Shown here piece after piece: positions 10,161-19,064 of a stretch of DNA of 44,593 nucleotides. The first letter of the stretch is position 1; every line of letters begins with the position of its first letter. The stretch covers positions 1 through 44,593 of the forward strand of contig JAFDFO010000004.1 in the NCBI GenBank assembly GCA_019309815.1, written 5' to 3'. The stretch comes from Deltaproteobacteria bacterium. Lineage in GTDB: Bacteria; Desulfobacterota; Desulfobacteria; Desulfobacterales; C00003060. Made by a program: the position numbers and the translations under genes. The notes under the pieces were generated by a model, which was not told the origin of the DNA, did not search any database, and saw nothing but the letters and a program-made list of their open reading frames with translations.

Positions 10161-11552
10161 CTAAACGGCAGGCTTTTGCAGCTTCTTCTTCTTCATCTTT
10201 TCAATGAGAGTTGTTCGATTCATTTTGAGCAGTTTTGCCGCCTTGGTTTTGACCCAATTCGTCTCTTCCAAGGCCTGCAGAATCAATTTCTTTTCGTATA
10301 CCTCAACAGCATGGTCAAAAGGAATATCCCCCTTGGGCATGGCAACTTCAAACGACTCCATCCTCTTGGCCCGCTGTTTTATTGATTCAGGGATATCATC
10401 CAATCCAATCTCTTCACTATCTGAAAGGATAATAACCCTTTCGACCAAGTTCTCAAGTTCACGCACATTGCCGGGCCAATCATACTGAAAAAGCGTATCC
10501 ATTGATTCTTGTGTGAATCCCTTGATGCTCTTTTGCTTCTCTTTGGTAAACTTCTTGATAAAGAAATCCACAAGCAAAGGCGTGTCCGATCTTCTCTCTC
10601 TCAGCGGAGGGACATTTATTGGAATAACATTGAGCCGATAATAGAGATCCTCTCTGAACGTCGCCTTGTTCACCGCACTGAACAAATCCTGGTTGGTTGC
10701 AGCAATAACCCGAATGTCTACGCCGATCGTCCTTGTGCTTCCAACCCTCTCAAACTGCTGTTCCTGGAGAACCCGTAGCAGCTTAACCTGGAGGTTAGGA
10801 CTCATGTCCCCAATCTCATCCAGGAAAATCGTCCCTCCGTTGGCGAGTTCAAACCGGCCCATACGAGCTTTGTGCGCACCTGTGAAGGCTCCTTTCTCAT
10901 GTCCGAACAGCTCGCTTTCCAACAGCTCTTCAGGTATTGCCCCGCAATTGATGACAACCATAGGGTTGTCTCTTCGTTGGCTGTTATAATGGATAGCCTT
11001 GGCTATGAGCTCTTTTCCCGTGCCACTTTCCCCGGTAATAAGTATGGTGCTGTCTGTATCAGCCACCTTCTCTATGAGTTCGAACACCTCTTGAATCGGT
11101 CTGCTATCACCAACAAAGTTTTCAAATCGGTATTTCGTTTTCAGCTGTTGCTTCAGAAGGATATTTTCTCTTTCCAGAAGTTTGTACTTCAGGGCCTTTT
11201 CCACAACCGTCATGATTTCAGCAGACTTGACAGGTTTGGTAATGTAATGAAAGGCCCCTGCCTTAATCGCTTCAACGGCACCCTCAATGGTGCCATAACC
11301 TGTCAGAATAATGCACATCGTGTCAGGCGATCGATCTACAACGTGCTTCAGCACCATCATCCCATTGACCTCGGGCATCTTGAGATCGGTGATAACGAGA
11401 TCATAAGACTCGGTATCAATAGACCTTATCGCCTTGGTCCCGTTTGCGGCCGTGACAACAGTATAGCCCCCATCCCTCAATACGCTTGCGATTACGTCTA
11501 GTATCTTGGAATCATCATCTACAATCAGAATTTTTTGCAACGATTTGGACAT
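10161..11552 (-). CDS. Sigma-54-dependent response regulator (NtrC/FleR class: REC + AAA+ + Fis HTH)
   Basis: KILIVDDD receiver; GESGTGKE Walker A; the GAFTGA motif (HEKGAFTGA); a C-terminal HTH. The start is ambiguous (ATG at 11552 or 11582; the ORF track uses 11621). Confidence 0.9.
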   Translation of the reverse strand: MSKSLQKILIVDDDSKILDVIASVLRDGGYTVVTAANGTKAIRSIDTESYDLVITDLKMPEVNGMMVLKHVVDRSPDTMCIILTGYGTIEGAVEAIKAGAFHYITKPVKSAEIMTVVEKALKYKLLERENILLKQQLKTKYRFENFVGDSRPIQEVFELIEKVADTDSTILITGESGTGKELIAKAIHYNSQRRDNPMVVINCGAIPEELLESELFGHEKGAFTGAHKARMGRFELANGGTIFLDEIGDMSPNLQVKLLRVLQEQQFERVGSTRTIGVDIRVIAATNQDLFSAVNKATFREDLYYRLNVIPINVPPLRERRSDTPLLVDFFIKKFTKEKQKSIKGFTQESMDTLFQYDWPGNVRELENLVERVIILSDSEEIGLDDIPESIKQRAKRMESFEVAMPKGDIPFDHAVEVYEKKLILQALEETNWVKTKAAKLLKMNRTTLIEKMKKKKLQKPAV

Positions 11553-11802
11553 AACAGTCGCTTTTCCACGGTGGTTTTTCATTGGCCCCCTGGCCCGTGA
11601 ACGGAAGACAAAGTCTTGCAAGCCGTCAGGTGAAACGCGGGCATGCTTGAAGGTTATTAAACCAGATTCAATTATAATTCAAGCGGATTGTGCAGACGCT
11701 GGCTGTATGGTTATTTTTCTCAAAGGAGGAAAAAGAGGTGCCGAGTGCCAATTGCTCGTGGATGGTTTCGCCAATGCCCTGGTCTTGAACCTGTTTTCTC
11801 TC

Positions 11803-12636
11803 TCACAGTTTGCAGTATATGCTGGGCCTAATGTACGTGAATCGATGGTCAATACCGGTCAAGGTTTCTGAGTGCCCGACGAACAGATACCCTCCATCTG
11901 TGAGCGCGTCGTAGAACTTATTTACCAGGGCTGCCTGAGTGCTTCTGTCAAAGTAGATCATCACGTTTCGGCAGAGTATGAGATCAAAGCCCTCTTTGAA
12001 TACAAATGGCTCCATAAGATTGAGCCGCCTGAACTGAACAATTTCCTTCAATAACGGCTTCACCCTGAAGTGCCCTTCCTGCTTGCCATAGCCTCGATGG
12101 AAATACTTCCTGAGCAAGGCGTTTGACACGTTCTCAAGCCTCGCTGCTCGATATACTCCGCTCCTCGCCTGTGCCAAAACCGTGGCTGATATATCGGTTG
12201 CCAGAACCTTTATGTCATGGTCTGAACTGTCATCAAAGTATTCTAGCAGACACATGGATAGAGAATAAGGCTCCTCCCCGCTTGAACACCCTGCACTCCA
12301 CAATCGCCGTCTGCTGCGGCCCCCTGCTTCGCGATCTGCCACATAGCTCGGAAAGATGTTGTTCTGGAGAAAATCGAAGTGCCTCTCTTCTCGGAAAAAA
12401 CCGGTCAGGTTGGTAGAAATCGCATCCAGCATCTTCACGAGCTCATTACCGCTGTCGTCTTGGGTCAGGAATCGATAGTAGGACTTGAAGTCCTTAAACC
12501 CCCCCTCCCGCAGGCGTTTGCCAAGCCGCGCCCGAACGAGCTCCTTCTTGCCATGACGCAAATGAATGCCGCACTTCTCGTAGACCAGCGCGCTGAACCG
12601 TCTGAAATCTATGTCTGATAATTCCGCAAAAGTCAT
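11803..12636 (-). CDS. cheR: Chemotaxis protein methyltransferase CheR
   Basis: 277 aa with a CheR N-terminal helical domain plus a SAM-dependent MTase (RLWSAGCSSGEEPYSL; ILCRNVMIYFD). Confidence 0.9.
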   Translation of the reverse strand: MTFAELSDIDFRRFSALVYEKCGIHLRHGKKELVRARLGKRLREGGFKDFKSYYRFLTQDDSGNELVKMLDAISTNLTGFFREERHFDFLQNNIFPSYVADREAGGRSRRRLWSAGCSSGEEPYSLSMCLLEYFDDSSDHDIKVLATDISATVLAQARSGVYRAARLENVSNALLRKYFHRGYGKQEGHFRVKPLLKEIVQFRRLNLMEPFVFKEGFDLILCRNVMIYFDRSTQAALVNKFYDALTDGGYLFVGHSETLTGIDHRFTYIRPSIYCKL

Positions 12637-12828
12637 ACCCGTCCTACAGGAATTGGCTCACTGAAACCTTGACAACAGTGAAGACACTTGACCAACGCCA
12701 CTCTCTTGCATATTTACGCTGAGCTCAATAAACATATTGACAGCCTGAACAAAGTGAAGCTCCCCGCGGTCTCTCTGTAAGGGGGACAGGGTATTCTGGC
12801 GAAGACGAATTGACGCGAGACCTCCCCG

Positions 12829-13755
12829 TTAGTCAGACGAGTCGGCGTGAAAGGGAATCTGGGCTGTGAAGGTCGTCTGTCCAGGAACGCTTTCACATGC
12901 AATAGATCCTTTGTATTCCTCAAGCAACAGAGATACCAGCGAGAGGCCCAGGCCTGCATGCTTTGGCGACTGGCCTTCATTCTCGGTACGATTCTTCGTT
13001 GTGAAGCAGACTTCGTATATGTGTTCCCGATCTTGTTCGGAAATGCCGCAACCACTGTCTTGAATCCTGATCATCACCGTGCCTTCCTGACTGTATGTTT
13101 CAATCGTGACACGCTTGTCTTGAGCATCCACCATGGCTTCTGCTGCATTCTGCAGAAGACCTAGCACGATAACACAGAAGTCCGTTTTCCTGCCCCTCAA
13201 GACTGGAATGGCATCTTCCAGCTTGAGTGTCTTGCTAATACTGTGCTTGAAAAACATGTTCGCATTCAGAAGGATGAGACACTCCTCTACGATCTGATTG
13301 ATGTCAACGTCTCCAACCTCAGAGTACCCTTCAGTGACCAAATCACTCGTCAGGTGCTTCAGCTGGGCATCTAGGTCATCAAGACTGGTTAACGACGAGT
13401 TGATTTTTTCCTCCATGCCGGACAACAGGGCCTTGACTTCAGCGGACTGTTTTGATTCGGCCGCACCAATTAGTTTCTGAAGATTCTGCTGCAATTGTTC
13501 AGATCGTATGTAGATGATTTGAAGCGGGCCATTGAGGTTGTGGACGACCCCCTGGATGACTTGAAGCAGATGGAGTCCGTAATAGTTGTCCGCCATCTTT
13601 CTCAGCAGTGCACGTTCCGTCGAGGACGTCGTCGGAGGCGTCCATCCTCCGGAACCGTCTGTTTGATTCCCCATGCTCACCCCTTCGTCTCTCTGCAACC
13701 CCAACGGATCAAGGAGCCCAGTGGCAGATGCAGTGAAGCTCCGCGCCGTCCCCAC
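12829..13755 (-). CDS. Soluble sensor histidine kinase (HisKA-like H-box + HATPase_c)
   Basis: H-box VVHNLNGPLQ; N-, G1- and G2-like boxes (LLQNAAEAM, IRIQDSGCGI, GLGLSL). No TM segments. The start is uncertain (GTG 13755 or ATG 13674). Confidence 0.75.
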   Translation of the reverse strand: MGTARSFTASATGLLDPLGLQRDEGVSMGNQTDGSGGWTPPTTSSTERALLRKMADNYYGLHLLQVIQGVVHNLNGPLQIIYIRSEQLQQNLQKLIGAAESKQSAEVKALLSGMEEKINSSLTSLDDLDAQLKHLTSDLVTEGYSEVGDVDINQIVEECLILLNANMFFKHSISKTLKLEDAIPVLRGRKTDFCVIVLGLLQNAAEAMVDAQDKRVTIETYSQEGTVMIRIQDSGCGISEQDREHIYEVCFTTKNRTENEGQSPKHAGLGLSLVSLLLEEYKGSIACESVPGQTTFTAQIPFHADSSD

Positions 13756-13891
13756 ACTTGTCGGGGACGTGTTATCAAGCCATCATGATGATAACACATT
13801 TCATGTTGTTGGTGAAGCGGACCGTCCTTGACTCCCGTTGGGAATGACAATGGTAGCCAACCCCTGCGCATGGCCCAAATAACCTCCTGAT

Positions 13892-13920
13892 ATTATAATG
13901 TTATATTTTGCAGGGTGCAA
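13892..13920 (-). promoter_or_regulatory. Candidate sigma-70 promoter (TTGCAC-17 nt-TATAAT) upstream of the histidine kinase/cheR genes
   Basis: The minus strand reads TTGCACcctgcaaaatataacatTATAATatcAGGAGGttatttgggccATG. Confidence 0.45.
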
Positions 13921-13964
13921 CCATAGGACAGAAAGCAGTGGTATCTTACCTTACGGATAGAAAC

Positions 13965-14349
13965 GGTTCTTCTCCAACTTAATTGGAGAAGAGGGTCCAA
14001 GGATTCCAGGGGTCAAGGATTCAAGGGTTTGTTTTCTAAAGACTTTGTAAGCGCTTTCAACATCCTTTCAATTTCCGCTATGTCTTTGTTTAGTGTGCCC
14101 AATTCACTTTTTTCAATGAAGCCCAAATCTCCTGCCAACAAAATCTTGGTTCCTTCTTTTGAATATTTCTTTGCTTTTCACTTAAGTCCTTGGACCCCCG
14201 ACCCCTTAGATCCTTCAGTAGTTTTTTGAGCATTTGCACTCGAACCCTTGAATCCTTGACCCCTTGAACCCTCTAGTATCACACCTGCTCAATTGGAGAT
14301 GACACACTTATTTTACCCTAATTAACTACAACTAATCGGGAGATGATCC
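13965..14349. mobile_element. MITE-like non-autonomous element, copy A (imperfect TIRs, 8-bp target duplication, internal long hairpin arms, four-helix-bundle gene remnant)
   Basis: The left end GGTTCTTCTCCAACTTAATTG matches the reverse complement of the right end, GGATCATCTCCCGATTAGTTG (15/21). It is flanked by a perfect direct repeat ATAGAAAC (13957-13964 and 14350-14357). The internal arms GGTCCAAGGATTCCAGGGGTCAAGGATTCAAGGG and CCCTTGAATCCTTGACCCCTTGAACCC are complementary. Confidence 0.6.
14013..14177 (-). pseudogene. C-terminal fragment of a four-helix-bundle protein (23S rRNA intervening-sequence protein family)
   Basis: The minus-strand open frame has no start codon. It translates as KAKKYSKEGTKILLAGDLGFIEKSELGTLNKDIAEIERMLKALTKSLENKPLNP*, which matches the usual C-terminus of this family (..LLLARDLGYI..EE...L....EEI.KMLNGLIKSL). 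Confidence 0.6.
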
Positions 14350-14503
14350 ATAGAAACAGGCTTCGAGACTGACTGAGAACCAGCCCACCGGAAACTCGCG
14401 CGGGCAAAGACGAACAGGCGGGATGTGTCTTAGTGGCAGTAAATGAGGAGTTGCAGCAGACGTTGCCGACCCCGGGCCTGTTAAAGATCACCGTGAACGA
14501 ACA

Positions 14504-16078
14504 CTAGGTCATGCCGGTCTGCATAACTGCGGGTATCTGCGCAATTGAATCAACTTCGGTGCTGAATTCGCCTTTCTCATACAGTGACAGAAATGTTTCG
14601 ACGACTTGTACATCAAAGTCGACACCGGCACCTTCTCGGATCGTCTCGAGCACAACCTCATCAGCCAGCCTCTTGCGATAAGCACGGTCAGAGGCCATGG
14701 CATCGTAGACGTCAGCTACGGCAAGGATCCGGGACAGAAATGGAATCGATTCACCCCTGAGACCACCAGGGTACCCTTTCCCATTCCACCTTTCGTGATG
14801 ATGCAAGATAATTCTCTGCTCTCCGGTCAAAAGGCCCAGGCGCCCGACGATGTTGGCGCCAATGACAGGATGTTTCTTGATTGCCTTGAATTCTGTCGTT
14901 GTCAGAGGCCCCGGTTTAAGCAGGATGCTGTCGGGGATCGCAAGTTTTCCAATATCATGTAAGTGCCCGGAGAAAGTCAATAGGTCGATCTGCTCCTCTG
15001 AGCACCCCATGGCCTTGCCTATGCTGACTGCAAACTCAGTCACCCGACTTGAATGCTGCTTGGTGTATGGGTCTCTGGCCTCGATCGCTTCCACAAAGGC
15101 ATAGAGGGTTGCGAAGAGGTTTTCGTAGATGTTCTCGTAAAGGGCAACGTTTTCTATGACGAAGGTCGCCCTCTCAGCCAAAAAGTTGAGATAGTACAGG
15201 TCCTTTTCAGTAAAGGGGGCTGATCCGTTCCTAGCAATGGCAGACAACATGCCAAACAGCTTCTTTCGAATCCTGAATGGAATTGCAACCACCGAACAGA
15301 TGTTTGCATCTGAGAGGGCGCTTTCATGGCCCCCGTTAACGAGTAGCGGTACGCCTTCCAGTATCTCCCCTGCAAGGACCTCGGTGACATAGGTGTGGGT
15401 AGCTCCATCCGCAACCGCTCCCAAGGCGGGTTTAGGTCCCTTGCGAAAGCATGCGATGGGGATTGGCTTTTCCACACTTCCTTCCAGAACATGAAAGTGC
15501 ACTTCATCACAATTGGTTATGTCGGCAGACAGCCTGACAATCAGATCGAAAAGGTCTGAACTGCTTGTGACCCAGTCCACCCGCCTCAAGATCATGTTGA
15601 GTATGTTGAGGTCCCTGACCTTTTCTGAAAGCTCTTTGTTTAGCCGGTCGATGCGGTCCTTCCCTTTGACTTCCTCCTTCAAGAGCATGTTCTCAACCAG
15701 GAGGGTTTTCTGTTCCAATGCCCGCTTGATGGTTAGCTCTATGTCGCCAATATGAAACGGCTTCACCAAGAAATCGACCACGCCGTGTTTTAGGGTAGTT
15801 ATGGCGTTGTCCATGGACGGATATCCGGTCATCACCACCACCGGCAAGGTGTTGTCGAATTCATGAATTTTCATGGTGAACTCTACCCCGTCCATCCCCG
15901 GCATGTGCAGGTCTGTGAAACAGAAATCGACTTTCTTCTGCAGAATAATCTTGAGCGCTTCCGCACCATCCCGGGCAGTCAAGATCGAATATTCTTTCTT
16001 TCTCTGAAGAAAATCCGTGAATACCTGCAGGATCACTTCGTCATCATCAACAACCAGAATGTTTAATGTGTCACTCAT
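14504..16078 (-). CDS. Response regulator with GAF and HD-GYP domains (putative c-di-GMP phosphodiesterase)
   Basis: N-terminal REC (ILVVDDD...TDLHMPGMDG), a central GAF-like region, and C-terminal HD-GYP (HLHDIGKLAIPD ... HHHERWNGKGYPGGL). Confidence 0.9.
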   Translation of the reverse strand: MSDTLNILVVDDDEVILQVFTDFLQRKKEYSILTARDGAEALKIILQKKVDFCFTDLHMPGMDGVEFTMKIHEFDNTLPVVVMTGYPSMDNAITTLKHGVVDFLVKPFHIGDIELTIKRALEQKTLLVENMLLKEEVKGKDRIDRLNKELSEKVRDLNILNMILRRVDWVTSSSDLFDLIVRLSADITNCDEVHFHVLEGSVEKPIPIACFRKGPKPALGAVADGATHTYVTEVLAGEILEGVPLLVNGGHESALSDANICSVVAIPFRIRKKLFGMLSAIARNGSAPFTEKDLYYLNFLAERATFVIENVALYENIYENLFATLYAFVEAIEARDPYTKQHSSRVTEFAVSIGKAMGCSEEQIDLLTFSGHLHDIGKLAIPDSILLKPGPLTTTEFKAIKKHPVIGANIVGRLGLLTGEQRIILHHHERWNGKGYPGGLRGESIPFLSRILAVADVYDAMASDRAYRKRLADEVVLETIREGAGVDFDVQVVETFLSLYEKGEFSTEVDSIAQIPAVMQTGMT

Positions 16079-16439
16079 AATTCCCTCAACGTCTTAATCA
16101 GACGGGCATTAAAGTTGAAAACCTGGTCTCGAAGAAAAACGCCCTGGACTTCTGTCCTGACTCTCTTTCCTTTATAGTGAGCAAGGTTTGTGCCAACTTG
16201 GAGTGCATTTTTTTCATAAATGATTTCAGCCGGTTACTAATAGAGCCAGAAATCTTCGGGATAAAAAGTCAATTTTGTGACAGTAAGATACGGAGAACGC
16301 CTTTAAGAGACGAATCTCGCGAGTCGTCTGAGAGCTGTGCTGCTAACGTACCAGCGATCCCTTATTGGTTTTTTTCACCCGTTGTGTGTGGTATATGCTG
16401 GCTTCCAAAGAAGATTGCAAGCATAGGACGGCATCCTCT

Positions 16440-17237
16440 ATGAAAACCTGTTCCCAACACTCAATACTCCGTTACGGACTTGCCGTGATAACGGTGCTTC
16501 TCTTAGCCCTCGCATGTCCAATAATGATCCATGCCGGTGAGCAGTTTCCAAAGGCAAAAGGGATTGTCAACGACTTTGCTAACGTTATTTCGCCCCAGTA
16601 TGAACAGAAACTGACACAGGTAACCGGTGAACTCCTGAAGAAGACGGGTGTACCTGTTGTTGTGGTAACGGTACCGGACATTGGTGGAGAAGACTACAAT
16701 GAGTATGCCAGCCGGTTGTACGAAGCATGGGGCATCGGGAAAAAGGGAGACGACCGCGGCGTGCTTGTCTTTGTTACGCTCAAAGAACGCAAGATGCGTA
16801 TTGAGACCGGTTACGGCATGGAAGGCCTCATTCCGGATGGCTTGGCAGGCGAGATACGTGATAAATACATGATTCCCTATTTGAAGCAGGACCGGTTCGG
16901 GGAAGGGATCTTGAACGGCACACTTGCCATAGCCAACATCATTGCAGAAGATGCAGAAGTCAGCCTGACGGGACAGACGCCTGTGAAGCGACCCGCCAGG
17001 AGGCGCTCCCCCCTCTCGGCCCTGTTCCCCCTCATTATTTTCCTCTTGCTCCTCTTTGGCATGGGGAGGCGACGTGGGCGAGGGGGACTCTTGCCTCTTC
17101 TACTGTTGATGTCGATGGGCGGCGGCAGGGGTTATGGCAGTGGAGGGTTTGGCGGCGGTTTTGGGGGATTTGGCGGAGGCTTCGGTGGCTTTGGCGGCGG
17201 AATGAGCGGAGGCGGAGGCGCGGGCGGAGGCTTTTAG
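16440..17237 (+). CDS. TPM-domain (YgcG-like) membrane protein with a Gly-rich C-terminal tail
   Basis: Signal/TM segment, a TPM_phosphatase-type core (VNDFANVIS...VVVVTVPDIGGEDYNEYA...GVLVFVTLKERKMRIETGYG), one TM segment, then GGGRGYGSGGFGGGFGGFGGGFGGFGGGMSGGGGAGGGF. The ATG at 16440 is preferred over the ORF-track start 16365. Confidence 0.85.
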   Translation: MKTCSQHSILRYGLAVITVLLLALACPIMIHAGEQFPKAKGIVNDFANVISPQYEQKLTQVTGELLKKTGVPVVVVTVPDIGGEDYNEYASRLYEAWGIGKKGDDRGVLVFVTLKERKMRIETGYGMEGLIPDGLAGEIRDKYMIPYLKQDRFGEGILNGTLAIANIIAEDAEVSLTGQTPVKRPARRRSPLSALFPLIIFLLLLFGMGRRRGRGGLLPLLLLMSMGGGRGYGSGGFGGGFGGFGGGFGGFGGGMSGGGGAGGGF

Positions 17238-17238
17238 A

Positions 17239-17367
17239 GGAATGCGGAATGGGGAATTGGGAATGCGGAATGAAAAGAATAGTATGCGGGAGTTGAGGGT
17301 GAGGTCTTTCTGTTCCGCATTCCGCACTCCGCACTCCGCATTCGTTTCAATCTTCAATTTTCAATCC
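17239..17367. repeat. Heptamer hairpin repeat (GGAATGS)n / (SCATTCC)n followed by (TTCAATY)3
   Basis: Left arm 17239-17272 is ggaatgcggaatggggaattgggaatgcggaatg. Right arm 17313-17343 is ttccgcattccgcactccgcactccgcattc, followed by gtttcaatcttcaattttcaatcc. It starts 2 nt after the TPM stop codon. Confidence 0.8.
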
Positions 17368-17378
17368 TAGGGGGTTTC

Positions 17379-18125
17379 ATGTCCAAGGCTCCAAAAGATC
17401 CACAAGAGATATTTCCGGACATCGTCAAGGATTACATTGAGCTGTTTGCCGATGATCTGCTGTCCGTCATACTGTACGGGAGTGCGGCGAGCGGCGACTA
17501 TATTCCGGGCAGATCCGACATCAATTTCATGATTGTGCTCTCTGATGCGGGAATTGACCGCATTGACCAGGCCTTTGATCTAATTGCCAGGTGGCAAAAG
17601 CGCAACGTAGCCACACCTCTCTTTCTGACCGAAGCGTATGTCAATACATCCTTGGACGTCTTTCCAATTGAGTACCTGAGCTTCCAGAACAATCACAGAC
17701 TCGTCTACGGAAAGGACATCCTGGAGGACATCTCTTTTGACAGCGAGTTCGTGAGGCTGCAATGTGAAAGGGAAATAAAGGGAAAGATGCTCCTCTTGAG
17801 GGAAGGCTTCTTAGAAAGCAGGGGCAAGGGAAGAAACCTGCAGCCGCTCATTGCAAACTCCTTGGGTGCTCTGATTGCCATTTTTAACGGTCTGCTGCAT
17901 TTGAAAGGAAAAGAGCTTCCGCATCACCATCGTGACATCATCAAAGAGTTCTGCGAGGCCTTTGATATGGACGGGACGGTGTTTTCAAAGCTTCTTGACG
18001 TGAAGGAGAAAAAGGTTAAGCTCTCGGACAAAGACACGACCGGCCTTTTCAAAGACTATCTCAAGGAGGTTCAGAAACTCTGGCAGATGGTGGACACCTT
18101 GAACACAGAAGAAGGATCCGGCTAA
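17379..18125 (+). CDS. Nucleotidyltransferase-fold protein (minimal NTase N-domain with a helical C-domain)
   Basis: LLSVILYGSAASGDYIPGRSDINFMIVL fits the G-S...D-x-D NTase signature, but the second acidic residue is Asn (D-I-N). Confidence 0.55.
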   Translation: MSKAPKDPQEIFPDIVKDYIELFADDLLSVILYGSAASGDYIPGRSDINFMIVLSDAGIDRIDQAFDLIARWQKRNVATPLFLTEAYVNTSLDVFPIEYLSFQNNHRLVYGKDILEDISFDSEFVRLQCEREIKGKMLLLREGFLESRGKGRNLQPLIANSLGALIAIFNGLLHLKGKELPHHHRDIIKEFCEAFDMDGTVFSKLLDVKEKKVKLSDKDTTGLFKDYLKEVQKLWQMVDTLNTEEGSG

Positions 18126-18189
18126 ACCTAGCGTTGCGTACCATAGATTACTGGCATAATTCCCAGGATCGCATAGGCCCCAAAACCTG

Positions 18190-18350
18190 AAAGCACCAAA
18201 TCCCAAATAACTAATGTTCTCAAGGCGTAAGCCGCAAATAAATACCAATGACCAAAATTCGAATTTTCTAATGTTCTAAACATGTTTCGGTCATTTGAAT
18301 TTCGGTCATTCGATATTGTTTCGGATTTAGATATTCGATTTTCGGATTTA
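18190..18350. repeat. Composite repeat of the CCAAAT / AATGACCAAAATTC ... GAATTTCGGTCATT hairpin family
   Basis: It shares the module AAAGCACCAAATC..CCAAATAACTA.TGTTCTCAAGGCGT with 7768-7820, and the aatgaccaaaattc / tttcggtcatt pair with 20509-20674. Confidence 0.6.
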
Positions 18351-18488
18351 TAAGCTCGTCTTTGTGAGAGACGGACAGGCATGGAATTATATAAGTTATT
18401 TCTGAGACACGATACTAGATAGAACGGGTTCGAAACCCGCTCAATAAGACATCAAATCCAATTCTTCATAGACACCACAGGAGGCGAA

Positions 18489-19064
18489 ATGTCAAAAGGA
18501 CAGAAGACTACACTCATCGTCATCGGGATTGTTATCCTTGTCATTGCGATCCCGCTTCTATACCTGAAGGGGACCTACAACACTCTGGTCGCGATGGACG
18601 AGGGGGTAAAAGGGGCGTGGGCCCAGGTGGAGAATCAACTGCAACGCAGGTACGACCTGATCCCCAATTATGTGGAAACCGTAAAAGGATATGCCGCGCA
18701 CGAAAAGGAAGTGTTCCTGAAGGTGACCAAGGCCCGCTCAAAAGTTGGCCAGGCTGGCCCCATCAGTGACAAGATCGCGGCCAACAACGAGCTTTCTTCG
18801 GCCCTGGCCCGACTCCTGGTGGTGGTGGAGCGGTATCCTGATCTGAAGGCGAATACGAATTTCATCCGGCTCCAGGACGAACTGGCCGGGACTGAAAACA
18901 GGATAGCTGTGGAACGTCGGCGTTTCAATGAAACGGTCAGGGTTTTCAACACGAAGATCAGAAGCTTTCCAACCAACTTGATTGCCGGGATGCTGGGATT
19001 TGAAAAAGCGACCTTCTTTGAGGTGCCCAAGGAGAGACAAGAGGCCCCTAAGGTGAAATTCTAA
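18489..19064 (+). CDS. lemA: LemA-family protein
   Basis: N-terminal TM segment followed by YNTLVAMDEGVKGAWAQVENQLQRRYDLIPN...YAAHEKEVF...ERYPDLKAN...ENRIAVERRRFNE, a canonical LemA sequence. Confidence 0.9.
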   Translation: MSKGQKTTLIVIGIVILVIAIPLLYLKGTYNTLVAMDEGVKGAWAQVENQLQRRYDLIPNYVETVKGYAAHEKEVFLKVTKARSKVGQAGPISDKIAANNELSSALARLLVVVERYPDLKANTNFIRLQDELAGTENRIAVERRRFNETVRVFNTKIRSFPTNLIAGMLGFEKATFFEVPKERQEAPKVKF

